NCBI GenBank assembly: GCA_905181635.1
Contig: CAJIYM010000004.1
Location: 78,264-142,263, forward strand
Reading direction: 5' to 3'
DNA from: an uncultured Flavobacteriales bacterium
GTDB taxonomy: Bacteria > Bacteroidota > Bacteroidia > Flavobacteriales > BACL11
Length of the DNA: 64,000 nucleotides
Shown here one piece after another: positions 17,378 through 27,351 of the stretch. The position numbers were made by a program, and so were the translations under genes. The notes under the pieces were generated by a model. That model saw nothing but the letters and a program-made list of their open reading frames with translations. It was not told the DNA's origin and ran no database searches. Position 1 is the first letter of the stretch. Each line of letters starts with the position of its first letter.

Positions 17378-18538
17378 TTAAATAAACTTATTGTACGTTT
17401 TTAGCCATCGCTCAGGCACTTCACCCTGATTAGCAACCTCATAATCCCTGTAAGAACAAGCAACAAAATAATTTTGAAGCTGTTTTTCTCCTTCCTTGCT
17501 AAAAGGCACTCCCATCCACCATCTACCACTAGTTTGGCTTTTGTAAAATACAATTTCATTTTTTCCATCTTCAAAAGCAACTGTATATTTAATACAGTTT
17601 TTTAAATTAGGATTCAATTCTTGCCTTCTAATCTTGTATCCATCAATAAAATACCAAAGCATTTGAGCCATTAGCTGAGCAGTCTGATTACTCTCGTCTA
17701 ATTGCTGATTATACTCAAATAAACCAACCGCTGTTAGTTTGTCACTCACTCCAGCATAACGCATGATTTTACATGCTTCTTCCCCATTTAACCCATTAGG
17801 ACAACTATAGACATTAGCCTTAGCATAAGCATATTGAACTGACGAAATATCAAAACTTAAAAAATCTGTATTTCTCATTACTGGCTCTACTTCTTGAAAA
17901 TTAGCCTTTAAATCACCCAATCTAACGACGTCAAAATTCATACTTAGAAGCATTTCGGTAGCTGCGTTAGAAACAAAGTAAGATTGATATCCTAAATTAA
18001 CGTAATGAAAAAGATGACTTGGCTTATGACTCAGCATCTTTCCTAAATGAGAATATGAAGCTAAATTATCTTTTTCCATACCAATATCAAAACTATTATC
18101 AACTGAGGTAAGGGTAATATATTTTTCTAAAGAAGCATAAGCTTTATAAACAGCATAACTAACATCTTGTCCGCCACCAATAATAAAAGGAATAACACCA
18201 TCAGTCAATAGAGCACTACAAACATCCTGAATTAATTTAAATGATTCTTTACGAGTTGATAATAATTTCATTGTACCTAAATCAACTACTCTAGGTATTT
18301 TATGCTGATGCAACTGATAAAAATAAGATCTTATTTTACAATCATCTGAAATCGATTTATTTTTGGAACCTTCATATTCAGGGACATTAAAGATTGCAAT
18401 CTCTGCAAATTTTACTTCAGGGAATCGGCCTTCTGTATGAAAATCAATTAAACACCCCATTTGTGTAACACCCCAACTATCCTTTGAAGCATATACTTCA
18501 GTACTTAATGGTTTAAAATAGGAGTTCAACTCAATCAT
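17378..18538 (-). CDS. Arginase/formimidoylglutamase-fold protein, metal-ligand motifs apparently degenerate
   Basis: 386 aa. IIGGGQDVSYAVYKAY, SVDNSFDIG, FLSFDISSV and LFEYNQQLD sit where ureohydrolase motifs GGDH/GGGHE, DAHxD, SxDxD and E.nP..D are expected. Confidence 0.55.
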   Translation of the reverse strand: MIELNSYFKPLSTEVYASKDSWGVTQMGCLIDFHTEGRFPEVKFAEIAIFNVPEYEGSKNKSISDDCKIRSYFYQLHQHKIPRVVDLGTMKLLSTRKESFKLIQDVCSALLTDGVIPFIIGGGQDVSYAVYKAYASLEKYITLTSVDNSFDIGMEKDNLASYSHLGKMLSHKPSHLFHYVNLGYQSYFVSNAATEMLLSMNFDVVRLGDLKANFQEVEPVMRNTDFLSFDISSVQYAYAKANVYSCPNGLNGEEACKIMRYAGVSDKLTAVGLFEYNQQLDESNQTAQLMAQMLWYFIDGYKIRRQELNPNLKNCIKYTVAFEDGKNEIVFYKSQTSGRWWMGVPFSKEGEKQLQNYFVACSYRDYEVANQGEVPERWLKTYNKFI

Positions 18539-20874
18539 TATTTCTTTTTACCTCTCGATTTTTTCTCTGGTTGACTTTCCCAAAGAGCAATACATTCTTC
18601 TCTTTTCAAATCCTTAGGTTCAGTACCCTTAGGTATTTTAACATTTATCTTTTTACCTTTAGCAGGAGAAACTTGAATAAAAGGACCATACCTTCCATTC
18701 AGCACCTGGATTAAAGGATCTCCTTCAAAATTAGCAATTAACCTATCGTTATCAGCTTGAATTTTAATTTTAATCAATTCTATTGATCTTTCCAAGTCAA
18801 TAGTTAAAGGATCTTCTTCATCATCTTTTTTAATAGAAGTAAATTTACCATCATATCGTAAATACGGACCAAACCTTCCGACAGAAGCTACAATTTCTTT
18901 TCCGTCCCACTCACCAACTGTTCTTGGCAATTTAAATAAGTCCATTGCTTGGTCTAAAGTTATTGTCTGTATTGTTTGCCCTTTGATTAAAGATGCAAAC
19001 TTAGGTTTTGGAGCATTTTCATCCTCTTGCTTTTCACCCATCTGAACCATAGGGCCAAATGGACCAATGCGAGCAAATACTTTTTCACCATTTACCGGAT
19101 CATTACCTAGCTCCCTTTCACCAGAAGCCTTTCCTACATTACCTATTACATCTTCTACTTTAGCATGAAATTCCCCGTAAAAAGATGCTATCATTTCATT
19201 CCAAACTTTTCTACCTTCAGCTATCTCATCAAACTCAGTCTCAACTGAAGCTGTAAAGCTGTACTCCATTACTTCCGAGAAATGTTCAACTAAAAAATCA
19301 GTAACTACAATTCCCACATCAGTTGGGAATAATTTTTTATTCTCAGCACCAGTAATTGAAGTGTTTTCAGATTTCGCAAGAATACCATCTTTTAATTCTA
19401 TTATCTGAGATATTCGCTCGAATCCATCTCTATTTTCTTTTTCAATATACCCTCTTTTTTGTATAGTAGTAATTGTAGCTGCATATGTTGAAGGCCTTCC
19501 TATGCCTAACTCTTCCATCTTTTTTACTAAACTTGCCTCTGCATATCTTGCTGGTGGACGAGAGAATTGTTGAGAAGCAATTGCTTCAGATAAACCTAAA
19601 GCTTCTCCTACCTGAAGTTTAGGTAACATTCCTTTTTGCTCTTCATTTTCATCATCTTTTCCCTCCAAATAAACCTTCATAAAACCTTCAAAAGTCATTA
19701 CTTCTCCTTTTGCAACAAACTGCTCTGTTGTATTTGAAATACTGATTTTTACTATAGTTCTGTCAAACTGAGCATCAGCCATTTGAGAAGATATTGTTCT
19801 TTTCCAAATCAAATCATACAACCTTTGATGCGAACTATCACCATCTACTGTTTTACTATTCATATAGGATGGGCGGATTGCCTCATGAGCTTCTTGCGCT
19901 CCCTTTGCCTTACTTGTATAAACTCTTCTTTGAGCAAAATCCTGACCATAAAGATTAGTGATTTCTAATTCGGCTGCAGCTAAAGCATCCTGAGATAAAT
20001 TAACACTATCTGTTCTCATGTAAGTTATTTTACCTGCTTCATATAATTTTTGAGCAACCATCATAGTTTGATTTACAGAAAACCCTAGTTTCCTAGAAGC
20101 CTCTTGCTGTAACGTAGAAGTAGTAAATGGTGCGGTAGGTGACTTTTTTGCAGGTTTTTGCTCTAATGATTCTACTGAGAAAGTAGCATCCTTACATTTT
20201 TCCATAAATGAATATGCATCTTCATTAATCTTAAATCTCTGCGGTAATTCCGATCTAACTATTTTACCATCATTATTGACAAAAAAAGCAACTACTTTGT
20301 AAGATGAAACAGGCGTAAAATTAGTAATCTCGCTTTCACGCTCAACAATTAAACGCACAGCTACTGACTGCACCCTACCTGCAGACAATCCCTGCTTTAC
20401 CTTTCTCCAAAGCACAGGAGAAAGCTCAAATCCTACTAACCTATCTAATACACGTCTAGCTTGTTGCGCATTCACTAAATTAACATCTAAGACTCTAGGG
20501 TTTTCAACTGCCTTAGTGATTGCTTTCTTTGTAATCTCATGAAAAACAATTCTTTTAGTAGAAGAAGCATCTAAATTTAACGCTTCAGTTAAGTGCCAAG
20601 CAATTGCCTCTCCTTCACGATCCTCATCCGTAGCTAGCCACACTGTCTCTGCTTTCTTAGCCACACTCTTGAGATGACTAACTACTTTAGTTTTATCCTC
20701 TGATATCACATAATTGGGCTGAAAACCATTTTCAATATCAATAGCCATCCCTCCCTTTTTAGGCAAGTCTCTTATGTGACCAATACTTGACTCAACAACA
20801 AAGTCTTTACCCAAAAAACCTTGTATTATCTTTTTCTTAGCAGGTGATTCTACAATCACTAAATTTTTAGCCAT
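18538..20874 (-). CDS. topA: DNA topoisomerase I
   Basis: MAKNLVIVESPAKKK...GHIRDL Toprim start, active-site region ITYMRTDS, C-terminal GRFGPY/GRYGPF repeats. 778 aa. Confidence 0.95.
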   Translation of the reverse strand: MAKNLVIVESPAKKKIIQGFLGKDFVVESSIGHIRDLPKKGGMAIDIENGFQPNYVISEDKTKVVSHLKSVAKKAETVWLATDEDREGEAIAWHLTEALNLDASSTKRIVFHEITKKAITKAVENPRVLDVNLVNAQQARRVLDRLVGFELSPVLWRKVKQGLSAGRVQSVAVRLIVERESEITNFTPVSSYKVVAFFVNNDGKIVRSELPQRFKINEDAYSFMEKCKDATFSVESLEQKPAKKSPTAPFTTSTLQQEASRKLGFSVNQTMMVAQKLYEAGKITYMRTDSVNLSQDALAAAELEITNLYGQDFAQRRVYTSKAKGAQEAHEAIRPSYMNSKTVDGDSSHQRLYDLIWKRTISSQMADAQFDRTIVKISISNTTEQFVAKGEVMTFEGFMKVYLEGKDDENEEQKGMLPKLQVGEALGLSEAIASQQFSRPPARYAEASLVKKMEELGIGRPSTYAATITTIQKRGYIEKENRDGFERISQIIELKDGILAKSENTSITGAENKKLFPTDVGIVVTDFLVEHFSEVMEYSFTASVETEFDEIAEGRKVWNEMIASFYGEFHAKVEDVIGNVGKASGERELGNDPVNGEKVFARIGPFGPMVQMGEKQEDENAPKPKFASLIKGQTIQTITLDQAMDLFKLPRTVGEWDGKEIVASVGRFGPYLRYDGKFTSIKKDDEEDPLTIDLERSIELIKIKIQADNDRLIANFEGDPLIQVLNGRYGPFIQVSPAKGKKINVKIPKGTEPKDLKREECIALWESQPEKKSRGKKK

Positions 20875-21009
20875 AAATTGTTTTTATATATTGTTTGCAA
20901 ATTAAAGAAACTTTTTTTGAATAAAACAAATCGAAAAAACTTGGCAGTTTCCATTATATTATTTATAATATAAGTAAAATAAAGTACTGCCACATTGTCA
21001 GTTTTTTAG

Positions 21010-21017
21010 TATTTTTG
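21010..21017 (+). promoter_or_regulatory. Candidate Bacteroidota -7 promoter box (TAnnTTTG) for miaB
   Basis: TATTTTTG, 18 nt upstream of the miaB ATG. No convincing -33 TTTG at the standard spacing. Confidence 0.3.
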
Positions 21018-21034
21018 CATTTCAAAACACAATA

Positions 21035-22480
21035 ATGAACATAGAAAAGTTGTTAGAAAAAAAGGTAGATGAAAAAAAGCAGGGGCAAGTTTTACAGCTA
21101 TCTGGAAGTGAAAAAAAAAGTCGTAAAATGTATATTGAAAGCTACGGTTGTCAAATGAATTTTTCAGATAGCGAAATTGTAGCCTCTATACTTGCTAATG
21201 AAGGATTCACAACAACAAAGGAAATAATAGAAGCTGATTTAGTATTTGTAAATACTTGTTCAATTAGAGAAAAAGCTGAACTCACTGTTCGTAAACGATT
21301 AGAGTTCTATAATTCAATAAAAAGAGATAAAAACCCAGGAATGTTAGTCGGAGTGCTAGGTTGTATGGCAGAACGCTTGAAAGAACAATTCTTAGAGGAA
21401 GAGAAATTAGTTGATATAGTGGTTGGCCCTGATTCTTACAGAGATTTACCTAACCTCATTGCCAAAGTAGAAAACGGAAAAAAAGCAATAAATGTCTTTT
21501 TATCACTAGAAGAAACATATGCTGATATCAGCCCAGTAAGGCTAGGGGGAAATGGCGTTACTGCATTTGTATCGATAACTAGAGGTTGTGATAACATGTG
21601 TACCTTTTGTGTGGTTCCTTACACTAGAGGAAGAGAAAGAAGTAGGGACCCAAAAAGCATAATAAAAGAGTGTCAAGATTTGTTTAATAATGGCTACAGA
21701 GAAGTAACCTTACTAGGTCAAAATGTTGATTCTTACTTATGGTTTGGAGGTGGTGCTAAAAAAGATTTTAAGAACGCAAGTAAACAAGAAAAAGAAAATA
21801 GTTTAAATTTTGCAGATTTACTTAATGAGGTAGCCCAAATAAATCCTAGATTAAGAATTCGTTTTTCTACTTCTAACCCACAAGATATGGGAGTAGAAGT
21901 AATTGATACTATGTCAAAACATACTAATATTTGTGATCACATACATCTGCCTGTTCAATCTGGAAGTTCACGTATATTAAAACTAATGAATAGAGGGTAT
22001 GATAGAAAAAAATATTTTGAATTAATCGATGAGATAAAGCGAAGGATACCTGATTGTGCAATATCAATGGATATGATAATTGGATTCTGTTCAGAAACAG
22101 AGGAAGATCATAAGAAAACACTTTCTTTAATGGATTATGTATGCTATGATTTTGGATATATGTATAAATATTCTGTGAGGCCAAATACTCCTGCTTCAAG
22201 AATGGAAGACAATGTTCCTCAAGAATTAAAACAAAAAAGATTAGCTGAAATAATTCAACATCAACAATCACATTCATTATTTCACATGCAAAAGAAATTA
22301 GGAAAAACTTTTGAAGTTTTAATAGAGGGAGATTCAAAAAAATCAAAAAAACATTTTTACGGAAGAACAACTCATAATTCATCAGTAATATTTGAAAAAG
22401 GAAATCATAAACTAGGGGATTATGTAATGGTAAAAATTGAAGATTGTACATCAGCAACTCTAAAAGGTAAAGTTATTTAA
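21035..22480 (+). CDS. miaB: tRNA-2-methylthio-N6-dimethylallyladenosine synthase
   Basis: [15 protein letters not shown] (UPF0004 cysteine), radical-SAM [12 protein letters not shown]-terminal TRAM domain. 481 aa. Confidence 0.93.
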   Translation: MNIEKLLEKKVDEKKQGQVLQLSGSEKKSRKMYIESYGCQMNFSDSEIVASILANEGFTTTKEIIEADLVFVNTCSIREKAELTVRKRLEFYNSIKRDKNPGMLVGVLGCMAERLKEQFLEEEKLVDIVVGPDSYRDLPNLIAKVENGKKAINVFLSLEETYADISPVRLGGNGVTAFVSITRGCDNMCTFCVVPYTRGRERSRDPKSIIKECQDLFNNGYREVTLLGQNVDSYLWFGGGAKKDFKNASKQEKENSLNFADLLNEVAQINPRLRIRFSTSNPQDMGVEVIDTMSKHTNICDHIHLPVQSGSSRILKLMNRGYDRKKYFELIDEIKRRIPDCAISMDMIIGFCSETEEDHKKTLSLMDYVCYDFGYMYKYSVRPNTPASRMEDNVPQELKQKRLAEIIQHQQSHSLFHMQKKLGKTFEVLIEGDSKKSKKHFYGRTTHNSSVIFEKGNHKLGDYVMVKIEDCTSATLKGKVI

Positions 22481-22482
22481 AT

Positions 22483-23655
22483 ATGAATAATCAACAAGCA
22501 AAACAAAGATTTGGGATTATTGGGAACTGCTCAAAACTAGCAAGAGCAATTGATATAGCATTGCAAGTTGCTCCTACTGACATTTCAGTTTTGGTGGTAG
22601 GAGAAAGCGGAACTGGAAAAGAAAATATTCCAAAAATAATTCATCAGAATAGCAAAAGAAAGCATGCTCCATATATTGCTGTAAATTGTGGAGCTATTCC
22701 TGAAGGAACAATTGATAGTGAATTATTTGGACACGAGAAAGGTTCTTTTACAGGAGCACACGATAGTCGTAAAGGATATTTTGAAGCCGCAAATGGAGGG
22801 ACTATATTCTTAGATGAGGTGGGAGAACTGCCTATGGCGTCACAAGCAAGATTATTAAGAGTGCTGGAGAATGGAGAAATTATTAAAGTTGGATCTTCTA
22901 AAGCTCATCAAACTGATGTCAGAATTATTGCAGCAACTAATGTAAATATATCGGAAGCCGTTAAGCAAGGGAAATTTAGAGAGGATTTATATTACAGACT
23001 TAACACCATTAGCATACAATTACCTCCATTACGAAAAAGAGGTGGAGATATTTACTTATTATTTAGAAAATTTGCTGCTGATTTTGCTGACCAATACAAT
23101 ACGCCTCCAATACGACTTACTGATGATGCTGTAGAAATACTCAATGATTATAATTGGCCTGGGAACATTAGACAATTACGTAATTTTGTAGCTCAACTTT
23201 CAGTAATTGAAAAAGAAAGAATGATAACAGCTTATAAATTGAAAGAACAATTACCTAAGATTTCCACTAATGGTTTAGTTAAGTTTGAGGATAAAAACAA
23301 AGCCGATTTATCAGAAAGAGAAATCCTTTACAAAGTGCTTTTTGATATGAAAAGGGATTTAACAGAACTAAAAAAGATTACTTTTGACTTGATTCAGAAA
23401 CAAGGAAACAATGAAGTAATACAAACAGCAAACTCATCCTTATTTAAGGAAAAAGATGACACTAGCATACTGATAAATCAGAACAATAGAGCAGGTTTGA
23501 TTGAAGTTGAAGAATCTTTATCATTGTTTGAACAAGAAAAAAGATTGATTGAGAAGTCCTTATTAAAATACAAAGGAAAACGAAAAGATGCTGCTGCTGA
23601 ACTTGGAATTTCAGAAAGAACTTTATACAGAAAACTGAAAGAATTCGGATTATAA
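22483..23655 (+). CDS. Sigma-54-dependent transcriptional activator (bEBP) consisting only of AAA+ and Fis-type HTH domains
   Basis: Walker A GESGTGKE about 40 aa from the N-terminus, ELFGHEKGSFTGA (GAFTGA variant), Walker B IFLDEVGEL, C-terminal AAAELGISERTLYRKLKEFGL. No receiver/GAF/PAS domain. Confidence 0.88.
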   Translation: MNNQQAKQRFGIIGNCSKLARAIDIALQVAPTDISVLVVGESGTGKENIPKIIHQNSKRKHAPYIAVNCGAIPEGTIDSELFGHEKGSFTGAHDSRKGYFEAANGGTIFLDEVGELPMASQARLLRVLENGEIIKVGSSKAHQTDVRIIAATNVNISEAVKQGKFREDLYYRLNTISIQLPPLRKRGGDIYLLFRKFAADFADQYNTPPIRLTDDAVEILNDYNWPGNIRQLRNFVAQLSVIEKERMITAYKLKEQLPKISTNGLVKFEDKNKADLSEREILYKVLFDMKRDLTELKKITFDLIQKQGNNEVIQTANSSLFKEKDDTSILINQNNRAGLIEVEESLSLFEQEKRLIEKSLLKYKGKRKDAAAELGISERTLYRKLKEFGL

Positions 23656-24149
23656 TGAAATTAATTTTTACCATTCTACTTAGCATATCTTTAAGTTCAT
23701 GTGGAATCTATTCATTTACGGGCGCATCAATACCAACTGAAGCTAAAACAATATCGGTAAACTATTTTAAGAACAAAGCAGCTACAGTGCAACCTGCATT
23801 AAGTCAAGTTTTTACCGAAAAGTTAAAAGATATGTTTCTAGAGCAAACTAATTTAAGCATAAGTGAAAATGAAGGTGACTTAATTTTTAGCGGATTCATA
23901 AGTAAATATCAGATAAAACCAATGGCAATAAAGGCCAATGAAACAGCTGATAAAAATAGATTAATTATTGCTGTAAGAGTAACTTATAATAATAGTTTAG
24001 ACTCCGAAAATAACTTTGAACACACCTTTAGTAGATATCGTGATTATGTTAGTACACAAAATATTTCGGATATTGAAAACACTCTAATTGAAGAGATAAC
24101 CAATGAAATAGTAGAGGATGTTTTCAACAAAGCATTTGTAAATTGGTAA
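23655..24149 (+). CDS. lptE: LptE-like lipoprotein
   Basis: 164 aa, lipobox LSSCGIYSFTG. Conserved position between the bEBP gene and secG in flavobacterial genomes, as I recall. Confidence 0.6.
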   Translation: MKLIFTILLSISLSSCGIYSFTGASIPTEAKTISVNYFKNKAATVQPALSQVFTEKLKDMFLEQTNLSISENEGDLIFSGFISKYQIKPMAIKANETADKNRLIIAVRVTYNNSLDSENNFEHTFSRYRDYVSTQNISDIENTLIEEITNEIVEDVFNKAFVNW

Positions 24150-24802
24150 TGGATAATTTAACAAAACATATTCAAAATCTACAACAAATATCTAGTAAGG
24201 ACGTGATTGAACTAGATTGCCTATTACAAGAATTTCCATACTATCAAACTGCCCAATTACTAATAACCAAAGGACTTTTAAATACGGATAGCATACGATA
24301 TAACCGACAATTAAAAAAAGCTGCTGCTTATGCTATTGATAGAAAACAGCTTTTTAAACTCATCATCTTAAAAAAAGCTGAGAAGACAACTATTTCGGAA
24401 ATAAGCAAAAATACAGAAGATAGTTTAGCAATGGGTCAACCTTTAGCATTTAATAATAAAGAAGAGTATTCCTTTTCGGAATGGTTAGCCGTATCTAAAG
24501 TTGAGAAAATAGATAGAACACCTAAACCAAACACAAAACAACTAATTGATAATTTTATTGGTAAAAAAATAAGCATTAGCAAACCTAAAAAGACTGATTT
24601 CTTTAAACCCATTAATGTAGCAAAGGAAAGTTTAATTGAAAATGAGAGCATAGTGACTCCCACTTTAGCTAAAGTTTACTTGGAACAAGGCTATTATGAT
24701 AAGGCAATTTCAGCTTACACAAAATTATGTTTGAAATATCCAGAAAAAAATAGTTTATTTGCAAACCAAATTAAATTGATCAATAAATTAAAAGAAAAAT
24801 AA
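24149..24802 (+). CDS. Hypothetical protein with C-terminal TPR-like helix pair
   Basis: ATG at 24149 overlaps the lptE-like stop (TAATG); the ORF-track TTG at 24143 is less likely. C-terminal YLEQGYYDKAISAYTKLCLKYPEKN resembles a TPR unit. Confidence 0.5.
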   Translation: MDNLTKHIQNLQQISSKDVIELDCLLQEFPYYQTAQLLITKGLLNTDSIRYNRQLKKAAAYAIDRKQLFKLIILKKAEKTTISEISKNTEDSLAMGQPLAFNNKEEYSFSEWLAVSKVEKIDRTPKPNTKQLIDNFIGKKISISKPKKTDFFKPINVAKESLIENESIVTPTLAKVYLEQGYYDKAISAYTKLCLKYPEKNSLFANQIKLINKLKEK

Positions 24803-24803
24803 A

Positions 24804-25127
24804 ATGTACACGATTTTCGCAATCCTTATCATCATAACATCTATCTTATTAGTATTAGTTGTATTAGTTCAAAACCCTAAAGGTGGAGGATTATCCTCAT
24901 CATTTGGTGGAGGTGGTGGAAATCAAATTATGGGCGCTAAAAAAACAACTGATTTTTTAGAAAAAGCAACTTGGACTTTAGCAGTCGCATTAATTTCTTT
25001 AAGCTTATTATCTAACTTTGCTATCCCAAGAGAAAGCTCTGAAGATAATGTTGAAATAAAAGCACAAGAGCAAATTGACAATGCTGTAATCCCAAATTTA
25101 CCTACCAACCCTACACAAGCAAAGTAA
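24804..25127 (+). CDS. secG: Preprotein translocase subunit SecG
   Basis: 107 aa. ILLVLVVLVQNPKGGGLSSSFGGGG followed by a second TM helix. Confidence 0.88.
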   Translation: MYTIFAILIIITSILLVLVVLVQNPKGGGLSSSFGGGGGNQIMGAKKTTDFLEKATWTLAVALISLSLLSNFAIPRESSEDNVEIKAQEQIDNAVIPNLPTNPTQAK

Positions 25128-25251
25128 ATTAGCACTAAATATTTAGATTTAATAAGGTATTCAATATTCTATCCAAATGAGGTGTTTAAATAAAACTAAA
25201 CACTTATCATATAGTCTGCCAAAATTTTATTTATTTTGGCACATTATACTT

Positions 25252-25267
25252 TGGCACACTTTGTGCA
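25252..25267 (+). promoter_or_regulatory. Candidate sigma-54 (-24/-12) promoter element upstream of groES
   Basis: TGGCACACTTTGTGCA, i.e. TGGCAC-N5-gTGCA. The GG and GC doublets have the canonical spacing and the element ends 38 nt before the groES ATG. It also overlaps a GCACA-ctt-TGTGC palindrome and a TTTGGCACA direct repeat. Confidence 0.35.
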
Positions 25268-25304
25268 ATTGGTATTACTATAAACAACTAATAAAACTAT
25301 AAAT

Positions 25305-25586
25305 ATGTCAAAAATAAATATCATCCCTCTTGCTGACAGAGTAATTGTGAAGCAAGCATCAGCAGAAACCACTACTGTTTCAGGAATTATAATACCAGAC
25401 ACTGCACAAGAAAAACCACAAAAAGGAAGGGTGATCTCTTGTGGAAAAGGAACTAAAGACAATCCTATTACTGTGAAATCTGGCGACACTGTAATGTATG
25501 GAAAATATGCAGGAACTGAATTAAAACATGAAGGAGAGGATTATCTTATTATGAGAGAATCAGACATTTTAGCAATCATAAAATAA
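25305..25586 (+). CDS. groES: Co-chaperonin GroES
   Basis: [11 protein letters not shown]...[15 protein letters not shown]...[13 protein letters not shown]. Confidence 0.97.
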   Translation: MSKINIIPLADRVIVKQASAETTTVSGIIIPDTAQEKPQKGRVISCGKGTKDNPITVKSGDTVMYGKYAGTELKHEGEDYLIMRESDILAIIK

Positions 25587-25592
25587 AACAAC

Positions 25593-27221
25593 ATGGCAAA
25601 GAATATAATATTTAATACAGAATCAAGAGACGCATTAAAAAGAGGGGTAGACGCCTTAGCTAATGCTGTAAAGGTAACTTTAGGTCCAAAAGGAAGAAAT
25701 GTAGTAATCGGAAAAAGTTTTGGAGGACCTATCATCACAAAAGATGGAGTTACTGTAGCAAAAGAAATTGAATTAGAAGATATAGTAGAAAATATGGGAG
25801 CTCAGATGGTTAAAGAAGTAGCTTCAAACACCAATGACTTAGCAGGAGATGGAACAACAACTGCAACAGTGCTTGCACAAGCAATAATTACTTCAGGTTT
25901 AAAGAATGTAGCTGCTGGCGCCAATCCTATGGATGTCAAAAGAGGGATAGATAAGGCTGTAAAAGTGTTGATTACGGATATTAAAAATCAATCACAAGCA
26001 GTAGGAAATTCCTATGATAAAATAGAACAAATAGCAAGTATCTCAGCTAATAATGACAATGTAATTGGCTCTTTAATTACTGAAGCAATGAAGAAAGTAA
26101 AGACAGAAGGAGTTATTACCGTTGAAGAGGCAAAGGGAACTGAAACTCATGTTGAAGTTGTAGAAGGAATGCAATTTGATAGAGGATATTTATCACCTTA
26201 TTTCATTACAGATGCCGAAAAGATGGAGGCAAATATGGAGAATCCATTTGTACTTATCTATGATAAAAAGATATCAGCAATGAAAGACTTATTACCTATA
26301 CTTGAACAAACTGCAAAAGCAGGAAGGCCATTGGTAATTATTGCTGAAGATGTAGATGGAGAAGCACTATCAACATTGGTAGTAAATAAAATAAGAGGCG
26401 CCTTGAAAGTGTCTGCTGTTAAAGCACCAGGGTTTGGTGACAGAAGAAAAGCAATGCTTGAGGATATTGCCATACTTACTAATGGAACAGTAGTTTCAGA
26501 AGAAAGAGGATTTAAATTAGAAAGTACTAATTTAGAAATGCTTGGTACTGCTGAGAAAATTACGATTAATAAAGACAATACTACTCTAGTAAATGGCGCT
26601 GGAGACTCTAATTCTATTAAAGCAAGAATCAACCAGATAAAAGCACAGATAGAAAGTAGCACATCAGACTATGATAAAGAAAAACTACAAGAAAGATTAG
26701 CTAAATTAGCAGGTGGAGTTGCTGTCTTATATGTTGGCGCACCTACCGAAGTAGAAATGAAGGAAAAGAAAGATAGAGTAGACGATGCATTAGCTGCTAC
26801 TAGAGCAGCAGTGGAGGAAGGAATAGTTCCTGGAGGAGGTGTTGCTATTGTAAGAGCAACTGATAAATTGACTAAACTAAAAGGAGATAACGATGATGAG
26901 CAAACAGGAATAAACATTATTACCCGAGCTGCTGAAGAACCACTTAGACAAATAGTTGAAAATGCAGGACTAGAAGGAAGTGTAATTGTTGCAAAGGTGC
27001 GTGAGGGAAAAGAAGATTTTGGTTTTAATGCCAAAACTGAAGTATATGAAAAACTCTACAAAGCAGGAGTTATTGACCCAGCAAAAGTAGTTAGAGTGGC
27101 ACTAGAAAATGCAGCCTCAGTTGCAGGAATGTTACTTACTACAGAATGTGTCATTGCTGAAATAAAAGAAGATGTCCCTGCTATTCCTCCAATGGGAGGT
27201 GGAATGCCTGGAATGATGTAA
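25593..27221 (+). CDS. groEL: Chaperonin GroEL
   Basis: [12 protein letters not shown], 542 aa, C-terminal GGGMPGMM. Confidence 0.98.
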   Translation: MAKNIIFNTESRDALKRGVDALANAVKVTLGPKGRNVVIGKSFGGPIITKDGVTVAKEIELEDIVENMGAQMVKEVASNTNDLAGDGTTTATVLAQAIITSGLKNVAAGANPMDVKRGIDKAVKVLITDIKNQSQAVGNSYDKIEQIASISANNDNVIGSLITEAMKKVKTEGVITVEEAKGTETHVEVVEGMQFDRGYLSPYFITDAEKMEANMENPFVLIYDKKISAMKDLLPILEQTAKAGRPLVIIAEDVDGEALSTLVVNKIRGALKVSAVKAPGFGDRRKAMLEDIAILTNGTVVSEERGFKLESTNLEMLGTAEKITINKDNTTLVNGAGDSNSIKARINQIKAQIESSTSDYDKEKLQERLAKLAGGVAVLYVGAPTEVEMKEKKDRVDDALAATRAAVEEGIVPGGGVAIVRATDKLTKLKGDNDDEQTGINIITRAAEEPLRQIVENAGLEGSVIVAKVREGKEDFGFNAKTEVYEKLYKAGVIDPAKVVRVALENAASVAGMLLTTECVIAEIKEDVPAIPPMGGGMPGMM

Positions 27222-27235
27222 TATTAATTGTAAAA

Positions 27236-27266
27236 AAGAATCCCCACCAATATGGTAGGGATTCTT
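27236..27266. terminator. Hairpin between convergent groEL and ftsZ units
   Basis: AAGAATCCC / GGGATTCTT 9-bp stem with inner ACC/GGT pairs. It sits 14 nt after the groEL stop. An A6 run on the plus side gives a U6 tail only for the minus-strand (ftsZ-side) transcript. Confidence 0.6.
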
Positions 27267-27351
27267 ATTCATCCTTAATAACAAAATCATTATAGACCAG
27301 CAATAAAAGATTAAAAATTAGACAGATAATAATGTTATATCTTTATGTTAG

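Noticed and set aside
20942-20992. Inverted repeat TGGCAGT ... ACTGCCA (7-bp arms, 37-nt spacer) in the divergent topA/miaB promoter region; also a superficial TGGCA sigma-54-like start.
   Set aside because: The long spacer makes chance occurrence likely. No GC doublet follows TGGCAG at the -12 spacing. There is no supporting repeat elsewhere.
21924-22457. 177-aa ORF antisense to miaB, unusually long for an AT-rich genome.
   Set aside because: It lies fully inside a well-supported miaB frame. Its translation is low-complexity (L/F/I/N-rich) with no motif, no plausible start context and no independent signal. It is a typical shadow ORF of the coding strand.
25129-25136. TTAGCACT just after secG, identical to 8 of 9 nt of the left CIRCE half-site (TTAGCACTC) upstream of groES.
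   Set aside because: The required right half (GAGTGCTAA after 9 nt) is absent; the sequence there is atttaataa. HrcA/CIRCE control is not expected in this phylum. It is a half-site by chance.
26258-27034. Two antisense ORFs (134 and 121 aa) opposite groEL, with similar short antisense ORFs opposite the CapD-like gene, ftsZ, ftsA, ftsI, murE, recQ, mgtE, mlaE, mlaF and others.
   Set aside because: All are nested in strongly supported genes. The Ala/Ser/Pro-rich translations are what the reverse complement of GCN/GAN-rich codons gives. No evidence of function.
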